64,000 bases of DNA from Candidatus Aminicenantes bacterium (GTDB taxonomy: Bacteria > Acidobacteriota > Aminicenantia > Aminicenantales > JAFGBC01): NCBI GenBank assembly GCA_963702005.1, contig OY969696.1, forward strand, positions 608,001 through 672,000, in the 5' to 3' direction. The notes beneath the pieces are model-generated. The model was given only the letters and a program-made list of their open reading frames with translations, made no database searches and was not told the origin of the DNA. The position numbers and the translations under genes are program-made. This document shows, one piece after another, positions 1-9,152 of the stretch; the first letter of the stretch is position 1; each line of letters begins with the position of its first letter.

Positions 1-27
1 CGGAGTTCATTATTATATAGGATAACT

Positions 28-249
28 ATGAAAAAAGGCACGAAATACGCCCTGATTCTCGGCGCCATCCCCTTCCTGACGCTCGTCCTGGCCCTCCCGT
101 TCGTGAACCGGGAACGGCCGGTCATCCTGGGCTTGCCATTCCTCTTATTCTGGATCCTGGCCTGGGTCGTTCTGACGCCCGTTTTTCTCTACGCAGCCTA
201 CCGACTGGAAAAGAAGCATAACCCGCCAGACGAAGGGGGCGAGCCGTGA
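28..249 (+). CDS. DUF3311-like small membrane protein, partner of SSS symporter
   Basis: 73 aa, two TM segments, 'P.ILGLPFLLFW' motif; overlaps the symporter start (GTGA). Confidence 0.8.
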   Translation: MKKGTKYALILGAIPFLTLVLALPFVNRERPVILGLPFLLFWILAWVVLTPVFLYAAYRLEKKHNPPDEGGEP

Positions 250-1673
250 ACGCGGCGCTGGCCATCATCGCCGCCGTAGTCCTCGGCTCTGCCGCGCTCG
301 GGATCATGGCCGGCCGCCGCGTCCGGATGAACCTCGAGAACTGGACCGTGGGCGGCCGCCGCTTCGGCGTCGTCATCATGTGGCTCCTGATGGCCGGCGA
401 GATCTATACGACCTTCACCTTTCTGGGCGCGAGCGGCTGGGCCTACTCGAAGGGCGCTCCGGCCTTCTATGTCATAATCTACGGGACGCTCGCCTATACG
501 CTGTCCTTCTTCATCCTGCCCGCCGTTTGGAAAGTCGGCAAGCGCTACGGCCTCCACACCCAGCCCGATTTCTTCATCAAGCGCTACGGAAGCCGGGCCC
601 TTGGCGTCCTCGTCGCCTTGATCGGGGTGGTGTCGATCGTGCCCTACCTCCAGCTCCAGCTGACCGGGCTCGGCTTCATCGTCGAGATCGCCAGCGGCCG
701 GGCCGTAAGTTCCGCCGCGGCCATGGTCATCGCCTTCGTTCTGACCTGCCTGTTTGTGTTCACCAGCGGCATCCGCGGCGCGGCCTGGGTCTCGATCGTC
801 AAGGACGTCTTGATGATCGCGGCCGTCGCCGTGGTCGGGATCGGCCTCCCCGTCGTCTACTTCGGGAGCATCGGGAACATGTTCAAGGCGCTCATGGAAA
901 GGATGCCCGGATTCCTGGCCTTCCCGGGCGGAACCGCGACTTTGGACGTTCCCTGGGTCATGTCGACCTGCCTCCTGACCGGGCTCGGCTTTTACATGTG
1001 GCCCCACGTCTTCGGCTCGGCCTTTTCGGCCCGCAGCGCGGAGACGATCAAGCGGAACGCCGTCATCATGCCCTTCTACCAAATTCCGATTCTCCTCGTC
1101 TTTTTTGTCGGGTTCACGGCCCTCCTCGTCCTCCCCGGGCTCAAGAACGGCGACACGGCCTTCCTGTCCCTCGTCCAGAAAGCCTACCCGCCCTGGTTCA
1201 TGGGGTTCGTGGGCGCGGCCGGCGCCTTGACGGCCATGGTCCCGGCCTCGGTCCTGGTGCTATTCGCCTCGACCCTGATCTCGAAGAACATCTATCAGGC
1301 CGCGTTCGCGCCCGGCGCGGGAGAGGCGAGGGTTATCCGCTTGTCCCGGATCATGGTCTTCGTCATCATGATTTTCGCCCTGGCCTCGACCTTCCTCTTC
1401 CGCAAGGAACTCGTCTACCTCCTGATCTTCGGCTATGACGGAGTCAGCCAATTCTTCCCCGGCGTCGTCCTGGGACTGTTCTGGCCGCGGGCGACCAAGC
1501 AGGGCGTCGCGGCCGGGCTCCTGACCGGGGTCGGGATCGTCGTCGGCCTGATCGTGGCCGGCCGGGATCCGTTCCTGGGCGTCAACGCCGGGTTCGTCGG
1601 ACTCTTAGCCAATGCCGTCGTGACCGTGCTCGTCAGCCTGTCGGCCAAATCCGCATCCGGAGGATGGAAATGA
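246..1673 (+). CDS. Sodium:solute symporter family protein (YhjB/YodF-like)
   Basis: Many TM helices, 'WTVGGRRFG', 'GEIYTTFTFLGASGWAY' SSS motifs. Confidence 0.9.
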   Translation: MNAALAIIAAVVLGSAALGIMAGRRVRMNLENWTVGGRRFGVVIMWLLMAGEIYTTFTFLGASGWAYSKGAPAFYVIIYGTLAYTLSFFILPAVWKVGKRYGLHTQPDFFIKRYGSRALGVLVALIGVVSIVPYLQLQLTGLGFIVEIASGRAVSSAAAMVIAFVLTCLFVFTSGIRGAAWVSIVKDVLMIAAVAVVGIGLPVVYFGSIGNMFKALMERMPGFLAFPGGTATLDVPWVMSTCLLTGLGFYMWPHVFGSAFSARSAETIKRNAVIMPFYQIPILLVFFVGFTALLVLPGLKNGDTAFLSLVQKAYPPWFMGFVGAAGALTAMVPASVLVLFASTLISKNIYQAAFAPGAGEARVIRLSRIMVFVIMIFALASTFLFRKELVYLLIFGYDGVSQFFPGVVLGLFWPRATKQGVAAGLLTGVGIVVGLIVAGRDPFLGVNAGFVGLLANAVVTVLVSLSAKSASGGWK

Positions 1674-2845
1674 GAGACGACCTGAAAATGGAAATCGAAG
1701 CCCTGACCGGCGAGATCGTCGGCTGGAGGCGCGAGTTCCACCGCCATCCCGAAATCGCCTTTAAGGAAGAATGGACGTCAGCCGCCGTCCGGGGCATCCT
1801 CGAAAGCTTGAAATTGCCGGTGGCCGCCTGCGCCAAGACCGGCTTGCGGGCGGTTCTCGATGGAGCGCCGGGCGGGCCGACCGTCGCGCTCCGAGCCGAC
1901 ATGGACGCGCTTCCGATCCTGGAGGAAGGAGACAAGCCGTATATCTCGCTGAACCCGGGAGCCGCCCACGCCTGCGCCCATGACGGCCACATGGCCATCC
2001 TGCTCGCGGTCGCCAAGGTCCTGTCGGCGCGCAAAGACCGGATCAAGGGCAGGGTCGTCTTTCTCTTTCAGCCTTCCGAGGAGAGGAACCCGGGCGGCGC
2101 CAAGCCCATGATCGAGGAGGGCGCGCTCGAAGGCGTCGACGCCGTTTTCGGCCTTCACCTCTGGCAGCAGCTCCCGACCGGGACGCTGGGTATCGTCAAG
2201 GGGCCGATGATGGCCCAGCCCGACGACTTCACCATCATCGTCAAAGGCAAGGGCGGCCACGGGTCCATGCCCCAGCTGACGGTGGACCCCATTCTGGTCG
2301 CGGCCCAGGTCGTCGTCGGCCTCCAGAGCGTCGTGAGCCGGAACGTGGACCCCTTGAAGCCGGCCGTCCTTTCGTTCGGATCCGTGAGCGGGGGCACCAT
2401 CTACAACGTCATCCCGGGCGAAGTGACAATGACGGGGACGGTCCGCACCTTCGACCCCTCGCTCCAGCGGATGATCGAAGGCCGGATGAGGACGTTCATC
2501 GAAGAGACCTGCCGGGCGTTCGGCGCTTCGGCCGAGTTCCGCTACCAGCAGGGCTATCCGGCCCTCGTCAACGATGAGCGGATGGCGGAGTTCGTCCTGG
2601 AGACGGCCCGCAAGACTCTGGGGGAGGAGCGGATCAAGGCCATCGATCCGGTCATGGGCGGGGAAGATTTCGCTTATTTTCTACAAAAGGTCCCCGGGGC
2701 GTTTTGGTTCTTCGGCATGGGCGATGGCCGTCCCCACCCGCACCACCATCCGGGCTTCGATATCGACGAGAAGGCGCTGCCCTTGGCGGTCTTCCACATG
2801 GCTTCCCTCGTCCTCGACTATTTCGAGCGCGGCGGAAAGGTCTGA
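1664..2845 (+). CDS. M20D family amidohydrolase
   Basis: RREFHRHPE, ALRADMDALP, HACAHDGH, FQPSEE, GGEDF, HHP motifs. Confidence 0.93.
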   Translation: MEMRDDLKMEIEALTGEIVGWRREFHRHPEIAFKEEWTSAAVRGILESLKLPVAACAKTGLRAVLDGAPGGPTVALRADMDALPILEEGDKPYISLNPGAAHACAHDGHMAILLAVAKVLSARKDRIKGRVVFLFQPSEERNPGGAKPMIEEGALEGVDAVFGLHLWQQLPTGTLGIVKGPMMAQPDDFTIIVKGKGGHGSMPQLTVDPILVAAQVVVGLQSVVSRNVDPLKPAVLSFGSVSGGTIYNVIPGEVTMTGTVRTFDPSLQRMIEGRMRTFIEETCRAFGASAEFRYQQGYPALVNDERMAEFVLETARKTLGEERIKAIDPVMGGEDFAYFLQKVPGAFWFFGMGDGRPHPHHHPGFDIDEKALPLAVFHMASLVLDYFERGGKV

Positions 2846-2849
2846 GGGA

Positions 2850-3413
2850 GTGAGCTTCCCGGTCGTCCTGGGCGTTGCCCTCGGCCTGGCCATGGACGCT
2901 TTCGCCGTGACGCTCGGCCTGGGCTGTTCGCTGCGCGGATTGACCCGGGGGCAATCGTTCCGGCTGGCCTTCCATTTCGGCCTGTTCCAGTTTTTCATGC
3001 CCATCCTCGGCTGGGCGGCCGGGACGAGAATCGAAGCCCACATCCGGGCCTTCGATCATTGGATCGCCTTCGGCCTCCTCGCCTTTGTCGGGGGAAAGAT
3101 GATCGTGGAATCGTTCCGGTCCGCGTCCGAGGACGGCCGCCGGGGCGGCGATCCCACCCGGGGCCACCGGCTTTTCCTCCTGTCGGTGGCGACGAGCATC
3201 GACGCCCTGGCCGTGGGGCTGAGCTTGGCCGTCCTCGAAGTCAAAATCCTCTATCCGGCGGCCGTCATCGGGGCCGTCGCCTTCGGCATGACCATCCTGG
3301 GCTCCAGGCTCGGGCCGGTCCTGGGCAAGGTCGTGGGACGGCGCGCCGAGCTCCTTGGCGGAATCGTCCTGATCCTAATCGGGATCAAGATCCTCGCCGA
3401 CCACCTAGCATAA
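2850..3413 (+). CDS. mntP: Manganese efflux pump MntP
   Basis: GLAMDAFAV, FGLFQFFMP, DHWIAF, ATSIDALAVG motifs; GTG start at 2850 inferred. Confidence 0.88.
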   Translation: MSFPVVLGVALGLAMDAFAVTLGLGCSLRGLTRGQSFRLAFHFGLFQFFMPILGWAAGTRIEAHIRAFDHWIAFGLLAFVGGKMIVESFRSASEDGRRGGDPTRGHRLFLLSVATSIDALAVGLSLAVLEVKILYPAAVIGAVAFGMTILGSRLGPVLGKVVGRRAELLGGIVLILIGIKILADHLA

Positions 3414-3469
3414 TTCTGGGGACACACGACTTAATTCTACGGAATTAAGTCGTGTGTCCCCAGAATTAT
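3410..3469. repeat. REP-like perfect palindrome (28-bp arms, TACG loop), family GGGGACACACGACTTAATTC
   Basis: ataattctggggacacacgacttaattc-tacg-gaattaagtcgtgtgtccccagaattat; second copy at 38125-38188. Confidence 0.9.
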
Positions 3470-3510
3470 TATGGTAAAATAAGTAACCTTTGGAGGACGG
3501 CGGGCGACTC

Positions 3511-5289
3511 ATGAAGATCAAGTATCTCAGCGGCAACCGGCTCTACTACGCCTTCCTGGCCGGCGGCCACGCCGTCATCCGCGACCAGGCCTATCTGAAC
3601 AAGATCAACGTCTTCCCCGTCCCGGACGCCGACACGGGCACCAACCTGGCTTCGACGATGCGTTTCATCGCCGCCCGGGCTAAGGCGTTCCATTCCCCCA
3701 AATCGACCCTGGACTCGATCGCCGACGCGGCCATTTCCGGCGCTCGGGGCAACTCGGGGCTCATCTTTGCCCAGTTCCTGTACGGGCTCGCCCAGGAGAT
3801 CAGGAACGACCTCCGCATCTCGACCAAGGCCTTCGGCGAATCCGTCCGGCGCTCCGTCACGTACGCCCGGACGGCCGTCGTCCACCCGGTTGAAGGGACC
3901 ATGATCACCCTCATCCACGACTGGGCCGAAGCCGTCTACCGCGAACGGCAGAAGATGAGCGACTTCTCCGAGCTCCTCTCCCATTCCCTCCATATCGCCC
4001 AGGCGTCCTTGAAGGAGACGCCCAAGAAGCTGGCCGTGCTCCGCAGGGCCGGAGTCGTGGACGCCGGGGCCAAGGGATTCGTCGATTTTCTGGAGGGGGT
4101 CGTCCATTTCATCAAGCGCGGGAACATCAAGCGCCTTCTGACGGAACGCGCCGCGACGGCCGAGACGCCGCCCGTCGTCCACGCCCACAGGAGCGACATC
4201 CGCCGACGCTACTGCTCCGAGGCCTTGATGACTGGGACACATCTTGACGTCGAAGGGATCCGGAAGGTCGTAGCCTCCTTCGGCGAATCCGCGATCGTGG
4301 CCGGCTCGGAGGAGAAGGCCCGGATCCATGTCCACACCGACGCTCCGGCCGACCTTTTCTACCGGCTCAAGGACTTCGGCGCGATCGCCGAGATCAAGGC
4401 CGACGACATGATCCGCCAGTACGAGGCCAGCCACCGTCCCAAGTCGAAAATCGCCCTCGTCGTCGACTCCGCCTGCGACCTGCCCCCGGCTTTCTTCGAC
4501 GAGCACCAGATCCACATCATCCCCTTCCAGCTGACCTTCGGCGACAGCCTTTTCCTCGACAAGGTCACCATCACGCCCGATCAATTCTACACGCTCCTCC
4601 AGACGTCGCCCCACCATCCCCAAAGCTCCCAGCCGTCCCCGGCCAGCGTCCAGAGCCTGTTCGCCTTTCTGGCCAGCCACTATGAGTCCGTCATCGCCGT
4701 GACGATTTCGAGCGGCCTCACCGGCATGTACGGCCTCTGCCTCAAGGCGGCCGAATCCCTGCCCGGTACCAAGATCAGCGTCATCGACTCCAAGCACCTG
4801 TCCGTCACCCATGGGCTCATCATGGAGCGTGTCGTCGAATCGCTCCGCAAGGGGATGAGCCACGACGAGATCGAGCGCTCCGCTCAGGGCTGGATCGCCA
4901 AGACGAAGCTCCTCGTCGACATCGCGACCCTCAAGTACCTGGTCCGGGGCGGCCGGGTTAGCCCTCTCAAAGGCCTGGTCGCCGGGCTCCTTAACCTGAA
5001 GCCCATCATCTCCCTGGATGCGGAAGGGAAGGCCGTGGCCGAGGGGAAGTCCTTCAGCCGCCGAAACAATATGAAGAAGATTCTGGGCATGGTCAGGGAA
5101 TTCGTGGCCGCGGGCAAGGTCCACAGCTTTGCGATCGTCCACGCCCTGAACCCGGAGCGGGCGGCCCGCTACGCCGAGGCGATGGCCGGAATCATCGGCA
5201 AGGGGCCCGATTTCGTCATGGACGTTTCTCCCGCCATCGGCGTCCATAACGGGATCGGGGTCGTCGGCATCGCCCTTATGCACGAATAA
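3511..5289 (+). CDS. DAK2 (FakA-like) plus DegV (FakB-like) fusion, fatty-acid kinase/binding protein
   Basis: LNKINVFPVPDADTGTN, GARGNSG, GVVDAGA (DAK2); DSACDLP, SSQPS, ISSGLTG, LVRGGR (DegV). Confidence 0.9.
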   Translation: MKIKYLSGNRLYYAFLAGGHAVIRDQAYLNKINVFPVPDADTGTNLASTMRFIAARAKAFHSPKSTLDSIADAAISGARGNSGLIFAQFLYGLAQEIRNDLRISTKAFGESVRRSVTYARTAVVHPVEGTMITLIHDWAEAVYRERQKMSDFSELLSHSLHIAQASLKETPKKLAVLRRAGVVDAGAKGFVDFLEGVVHFIKRGNIKRLLTERAATAETPPVVHAHRSDIRRRYCSEALMTGTHLDVEGIRKVVASFGESAIVAGSEEKARIHVHTDAPADLFYRLKDFGAIAEIKADDMIRQYEASHRPKSKIALVVDSACDLPPAFFDEHQIHIIPFQLTFGDSLFLDKVTITPDQFYTLLQTSPHHPQSSQPSPASVQSLFAFLASHYESVIAVTISSGLTGMYGLCLKAAESLPGTKISVIDSKHLSVTHGLIMERVVESLRKGMSHDEIERSAQGWIAKTKLLVDIATLKYLVRGGRVSPLKGLVAGLLNLKPIISLDAEGKAVAEGKSFSRRNNMKKILGMVREFVAAGKVHSFAIVHALNPERAARYAEAMAGIIGKGPDFVMDVSPAIGVHNGIGVVGIALMHE

Positions 5290-5304
5290 TTTTTAGGGGA
5301 GCCC

Positions 5305-6075
5305 ATGGGAGCGGACCTGACCGTCGCCGCGTCGGCCGTTCTAGCCTATATGGCGGTCCTCTTCGTCGTCGCTCTGTTCAAGAAGGACAACTCCATCGTC
5401 GACATCGGATGGGGACCCGGCTTCATCCTGGTCGCCGCCCTGACGTTTTTCTTCTGGCCGGGGATGACGGCCCGCCAGCTCCTGGCCGACGGCCTCGTTT
5501 GCGCCTGGGGGCTCCGGCTGGCCTTCTACGTCGCCGCTCGGAACCGGGGACGCGGCGAGGATTTCCGATACGCTCAGTGGCGGCGGAGCTGGGGGCGCTG
5601 GTTCGTCCTCAGGAGTTTCCTGCAGATTTTCATGCTCCAGGGGGTTCTCCTTCTCATTATCGCCATCCCTATCATCCTTATCAATCGTCCCGGGGAGGGG
5701 CATTTGCGGGCGCTCGATTTCGTCGGGGCGGCCGTCTGGGCGGTCGGATTCCTATTCGAGACGGCGGGCGATTTCCAGATGAGGAAATTCAAGGCCGACC
5801 CGGCCGCTAAGGGCCGGATCATGGACCGCGGGCTGTGGCGCTACAGCCGCCACCCCAACTACTTCGGCGAGGCCGTCATGTGGTGGGGGATATTTCTCAT
5901 CGCCCTGTCCGCGCCCGGGGGATGGGCGGCGATCGTGAGCCCGCTCGTCATCACGGGACTTCTCTTGCGCGTCTCGGGCGTCACCCTGCTCGAGAAGAAG
6001 TACGCGGGGAATCCGGCCTATGCCGATTATATCCGGCGGACGAGCGCTTTCGTTCCCTGGTTTCCAAAAAAGTAG
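5305..6075 (+). CDS. DUF1295 / steroid 5-alpha-reductase-like membrane protein
   Basis: DNSIVDIGWG, GEDFRY, GLWRYSRHPNYFGE motifs. Confidence 0.9.
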   Translation: MGADLTVAASAVLAYMAVLFVVALFKKDNSIVDIGWGPGFILVAALTFFFWPGMTARQLLADGLVCAWGLRLAFYVAARNRGRGEDFRYAQWRRSWGRWFVLRSFLQIFMLQGVLLLIIAIPIILINRPGEGHLRALDFVGAAVWAVGFLFETAGDFQMRKFKADPAAKGRIMDRGLWRYSRHPNYFGEAVMWWGIFLIALSAPGGWAAIVSPLVITGLLLRVSGVTLLEKKYAGNPAYADYIRRTSAFVPWFPKK

Positions 6076-6139
6076 CCGACCGGGAGCGCGCTTACGTCCG
6101 GGGAAGGGATCGATCTTCACCCGCTCCTCCCGCGTCCCC

Positions 6140-6811
6140 TCACTTGCCGAACGCGTAAGTAAAGCCGAGGCTGATGTGGAAGTAGCATCCCTCTTCTTCG
6201 GGGTCAAAAAGAATCCCGACCTCGGGCCGAACGGCCCAGCGGCGGAGATCTTGACCAATGCCTAATCCAATATTAATGGCGTAAAGCGTATTTTGTTCCT
6301 TGCGGAACGGGATAAGAACCTTGGCGGAGCCGTTGATTTCAAAGGCGTTGCTGACGGGAAAGGTGACCAGCGCGGTCGGATGAAACTCCCAGGTCTCCGC
6401 GACCTCAATGTCTTCTCCGAACGCGAATCCGACGGGAAGGAACAAGGCCAAACGGTTTTTAACCAAGCTGAACTTAGGGCCAAAACCGAGAACGTGGCCG
6501 GAAAAACTGCTGTCATACCTGCCTCCCGAATCCGGATGATAGAGGTATTCATACCGCAATCGGAGATCCATGAAGTTCGTTATCCCGAGCGCCGCCTGAA
6601 CGCCGAGATTGTCCTGGACATGATTGGTTTCCCCTTCTTGCGAGGACAGGATCAAAGAGCCGTGGGGCGTCAGTTCAACCCGCCCTTGGCCCGCCATCTT
6701 CGCGCTCTGCAGTTCAGAGAAGGGGGGAACCAGGCAGGCTGCGGCAGCGAAGGTGATCCCCAGAATCAGGATCGCCAGCCTCGTTTCGTGCCGTTTTCCC
6801 ATTTTCTTCAT
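6140..6811 (-). CDS. Hypothetical exported beta-barrel or lipoprotein
   Basis: Signal or lipobox-like N-terminus (FAAAAC), alternating beta strands, C-terminal aromatic strand; start at 6811 inferred. Confidence 0.6.
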   Translation of the reverse strand: MKKMGKRHETRLAILILGITFAAAACLVPPFSELQSAKMAGQGRVELTPHGSLILSSQEGETNHVQDNLGVQAALGITNFMDLRLRYEYLYHPDSGGRYDSSFSGHVLGFGPKFSLVKNRLALFLPVGFAFGEDIEVAETWEFHPTALVTFPVSNAFEINGSAKVLIPFRKEQNTLYAINIGLGIGQDLRRWAVRPEVGILFDPEEEGCYFHISLGFTYAFGK

Positions 6812-7047
6812 TTTCGCCTCCTTGCCGGATGGTTCTTGGGCGTCCATCCGGATTCAATATATGTTGGGGAGGTCGGGGAGTTGTCAGAGGATTGTCAAGA
6901 GGATGCCAAGAATTCGTTAAATATGGATGACCCAAGCCGCGCGGGGGAGTCCGAAATTCGAACTTCACCCGCACCTCCGTTTTCTAGTGACCAAGGGCGG
7001 AGCGTCTATCCTTCTAAGAGCCTGATTTCCGCTCTCTCCGGCCGGCC

Positions 7048-7282
7048 TTGACCCGTTCGCCGACGCTAGGCCCAGCCTTGCAGTGCTCATGGCTTTCATG
7101 AGTGTCGAGGGGTTGACCCGTTCGCCGAGGCTCAGGGTTAACCCCTATACAAGCCCCGGCGCTTCGCCTGTACTCATGAAGGCGCGCTAGCGGCCCATGA
7201 GTGCCGCCTGATGTCCGGGGTGCAGCCTTGCAGCACTCATACTAAGCCGAAAACGGCTTAGTATGGGTGTTGAGGGGTTGAC
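7048..7282 (+). repeat. Mosaic palindromic mini-element (PATE/REP-like), two tandem units
   Basis: TTGAC-CCGTTCGCCGA...GTCGAGGGGTTGAC units with nested hairpins (ACTCATACTAAGCCGAAAACGGCTTAGTATG); related copies at 18579, 37551, 44646. Confidence 0.85.
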
Positions 7283-7306
7283 AGCCTCTGAGCATCGGCT
7301 TATTTT
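7278..7306 (+). promoter_or_regulatory. Putative sigma70 promoter; -35 supplied by the end of the repeat element
   Basis: TTGACA-N17-TATTTT upstream of the 7348 ORF, which has a GGAGG RBS. Confidence 0.55.
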
Positions 7307-7347
7307 CAATAGGGAGCTAATCAATTAAAAGCCGGGAGGTAACAACA

Positions 7348-8073
7348 ATGAGAAGGAAGGTTTTGACCCTTGTCCTCCTGCTCGTATTCCCTCTGATCCT
7401 GTCATCGCAGGAGCGGCCGACGATCCCGACGGATGGGGCCGGCGCGCTCAGCTATGTGCCCGCGCTGGCGGTCCAGATGGTCGCGAGCGATGACACAGCC
7501 AGGAATACGGGAGTCATGGTTCTCGGCCTTTACCCCGCCCCCGGCGGATGGCCGTGGTCTTCGCAGCGGGGGATCGATCTTATCGCCCACTACGATATTA
7601 CCGTGGCCTTGAACGGAGTGCCCATCAGCACGGATTTGGTTGTGTTGGCCGTTTTAAAAAAAGATGAGGCACAACCGGTCAAAAAGAGCTTTCCCACAGA
7701 GAATTTGAAAACGACCCTCAAGGATGTCTCCGACAAATTCATCTGCATGGTTAGATGGTCGACATTGCCCGGGATTGGCGTCATGGACGTGTACTACATC
7801 GGTGAGCGCAAGAGAGAGTGGGTTGACGACTACCTCCTCGCCTTCTCTGCCGCCACAAAAGTCGGCGATAAATACGTGTGGGGCAGCAATACCCAAAAAC
7901 TCTGCGTCCTGGGCTGGTCCATGGGCACAAAAAACCTGTCGCTCAAATTGCCCGCCGGAGACCTTCTTTATACCTGGGAAGATCCCCTCGGGCCGTTCAA
8001 GAGTTCCGTCGAAGCGGTGCTGTGGCAAAGATTTTACCTGGGCTTGAAGATCCCTAATGCTTTCTTTCAATAG
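7348..8073 (+). CDS. Hypothetical secreted protein
   Basis: RBS GGAGGT, signal peptide, 241 aa; no family recognised. Confidence 0.7.
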   Translation: MRRKVLTLVLLLVFPLILSSQERPTIPTDGAGALSYVPALAVQMVASDDTARNTGVMVLGLYPAPGGWPWSSQRGIDLIAHYDITVALNGVPISTDLVVLAVLKKDEAQPVKKSFPTENLKTTLKDVSDKFICMVRWSTLPGIGVMDVYYIGERKREWVDDYLLAFSAATKVGDKYVWGSNTQKLCVLGWSMGTKNLSLKLPAGDLLYTWEDPLGPFKSSVEAVLWQRFYLGLKIPNAFFQ

Positions 8074-8110
8074 GGGCCGGGACGCGATCGAGGGCGGCCG
8101 CGTCGCCCGG

Positions 8111-9133
8111 TCAGAACAAGAAGGCCAATCCGATTCTCGCCTGGAGGCCTGAAAAGTTCAGGCCGAACTTCCGGACGCGGGACGCCGCGGAGCCTTCCGG
8201 CCAATAGTTGGTGGGGAATTCCGTTTCCAAATTCCCCCAGGGCGCGCTGATCGTTTCCTTCTTGAAGGCCCAGGCTCCCTCCCATCCGGTCTCCGCCTCT
8301 CCACGGACCTCCCGGCCCTTTCCTTTGATCGTCTTGACCGCCTGGGCGGTATAAGCGCCCTCCAAGAAAACCGCGAGCTTTTTTCCGACCGGGCACTGGA
8401 CCCGGGCGCCCAAGTCGGCGGCGAACCCCGTCCCTCGTCCCTTCTCCTCCAGGAGGCCCGTCAGGTGGCTGACGTCCCAGTCCATGCCATTCCCGCTCTT
8501 GTGCCAGGTGTATTCCCAGGAGGACGTATAATCGCAGTCGGCGAAGACGGGGCCAGCCGCCAGGAACGCTTCCAGAGTCAATCTCCGATAGACCGGCTTG
8601 GCGAAATGAACGCCGGCCAGAACGACCAGGGACTTGGACGACAGCAGGTAAGGACTATAAGCGACGGTCTCCCGGTCCTTGTATCCATCGGAATAGTCTC
8701 TTGTATAGACATATGTATAATCCGATTCCCGGCGGGCGTAGGACAATCGGACGCCGAGAGAGACCGCGAGCGGCTCGGAGAGCTTCAGGCGGACCCTCAG
8801 ACCCAGCGGGAAGGAGAGTCCGATCGTCCCGCGCGCCCCGGTCAGGCTCTTATCCCATCCGGCGATCAGCCCCGTCCGTCGTTGATAATCGAACAGGCGG
8901 TCGTAAAAGAATTCCTGTATGCCATTGTCGTAACCGGCCAGGCTGTTGAGGTCGGAAAGCCCGGCCTGGCCCAGTCCGCCGTAGAGCTCCAGCTGAAAGC
9001 GGGGCGACCGTCCGGCCTGTTGGCCGTCCGGTCGTCCGGTCGAGAACGCAGGCAGGACCGCCCCGAAGCCGAAGACAAGAAGACAAAGCGTCCGGACTCC
9101 CCAGTGCGCCGCCGATTTGCCGATTCCGCGCAT
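8111..9133 (-). CDS. Putative outer-membrane beta-barrel protein
   Basis: Signal peptide, amphipathic strands, C-terminal ...IGLAFLF. Confidence 0.65.
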   Translation of the reverse strand: MRGIGKSAAHWGVRTLCLLVFGFGAVLPAFSTGRPDGQQAGRSPRFQLELYGGLGQAGLSDLNSLAGYDNGIQEFFYDRLFDYQRRTGLIAGWDKSLTGARGTIGLSFPLGLRVRLKLSEPLAVSLGVRLSYARRESDYTYVYTRDYSDGYKDRETVAYSPYLLSSKSLVVLAGVHFAKPVYRRLTLEAFLAAGPVFADCDYTSSWEYTWHKSGNGMDWDVSHLTGLLEEKGRGTGFAADLGARVQCPVGKKLAVFLEGAYTAQAVKTIKGKGREVRGEAETGWEGAWAFKKETISAPWGNLETEFPTNYWPEGSAASRVRKFGLNFSGLQARIGLAFLF

Positions 9134-9152
9134 CGCGCTTCTCCTTTGCTGT

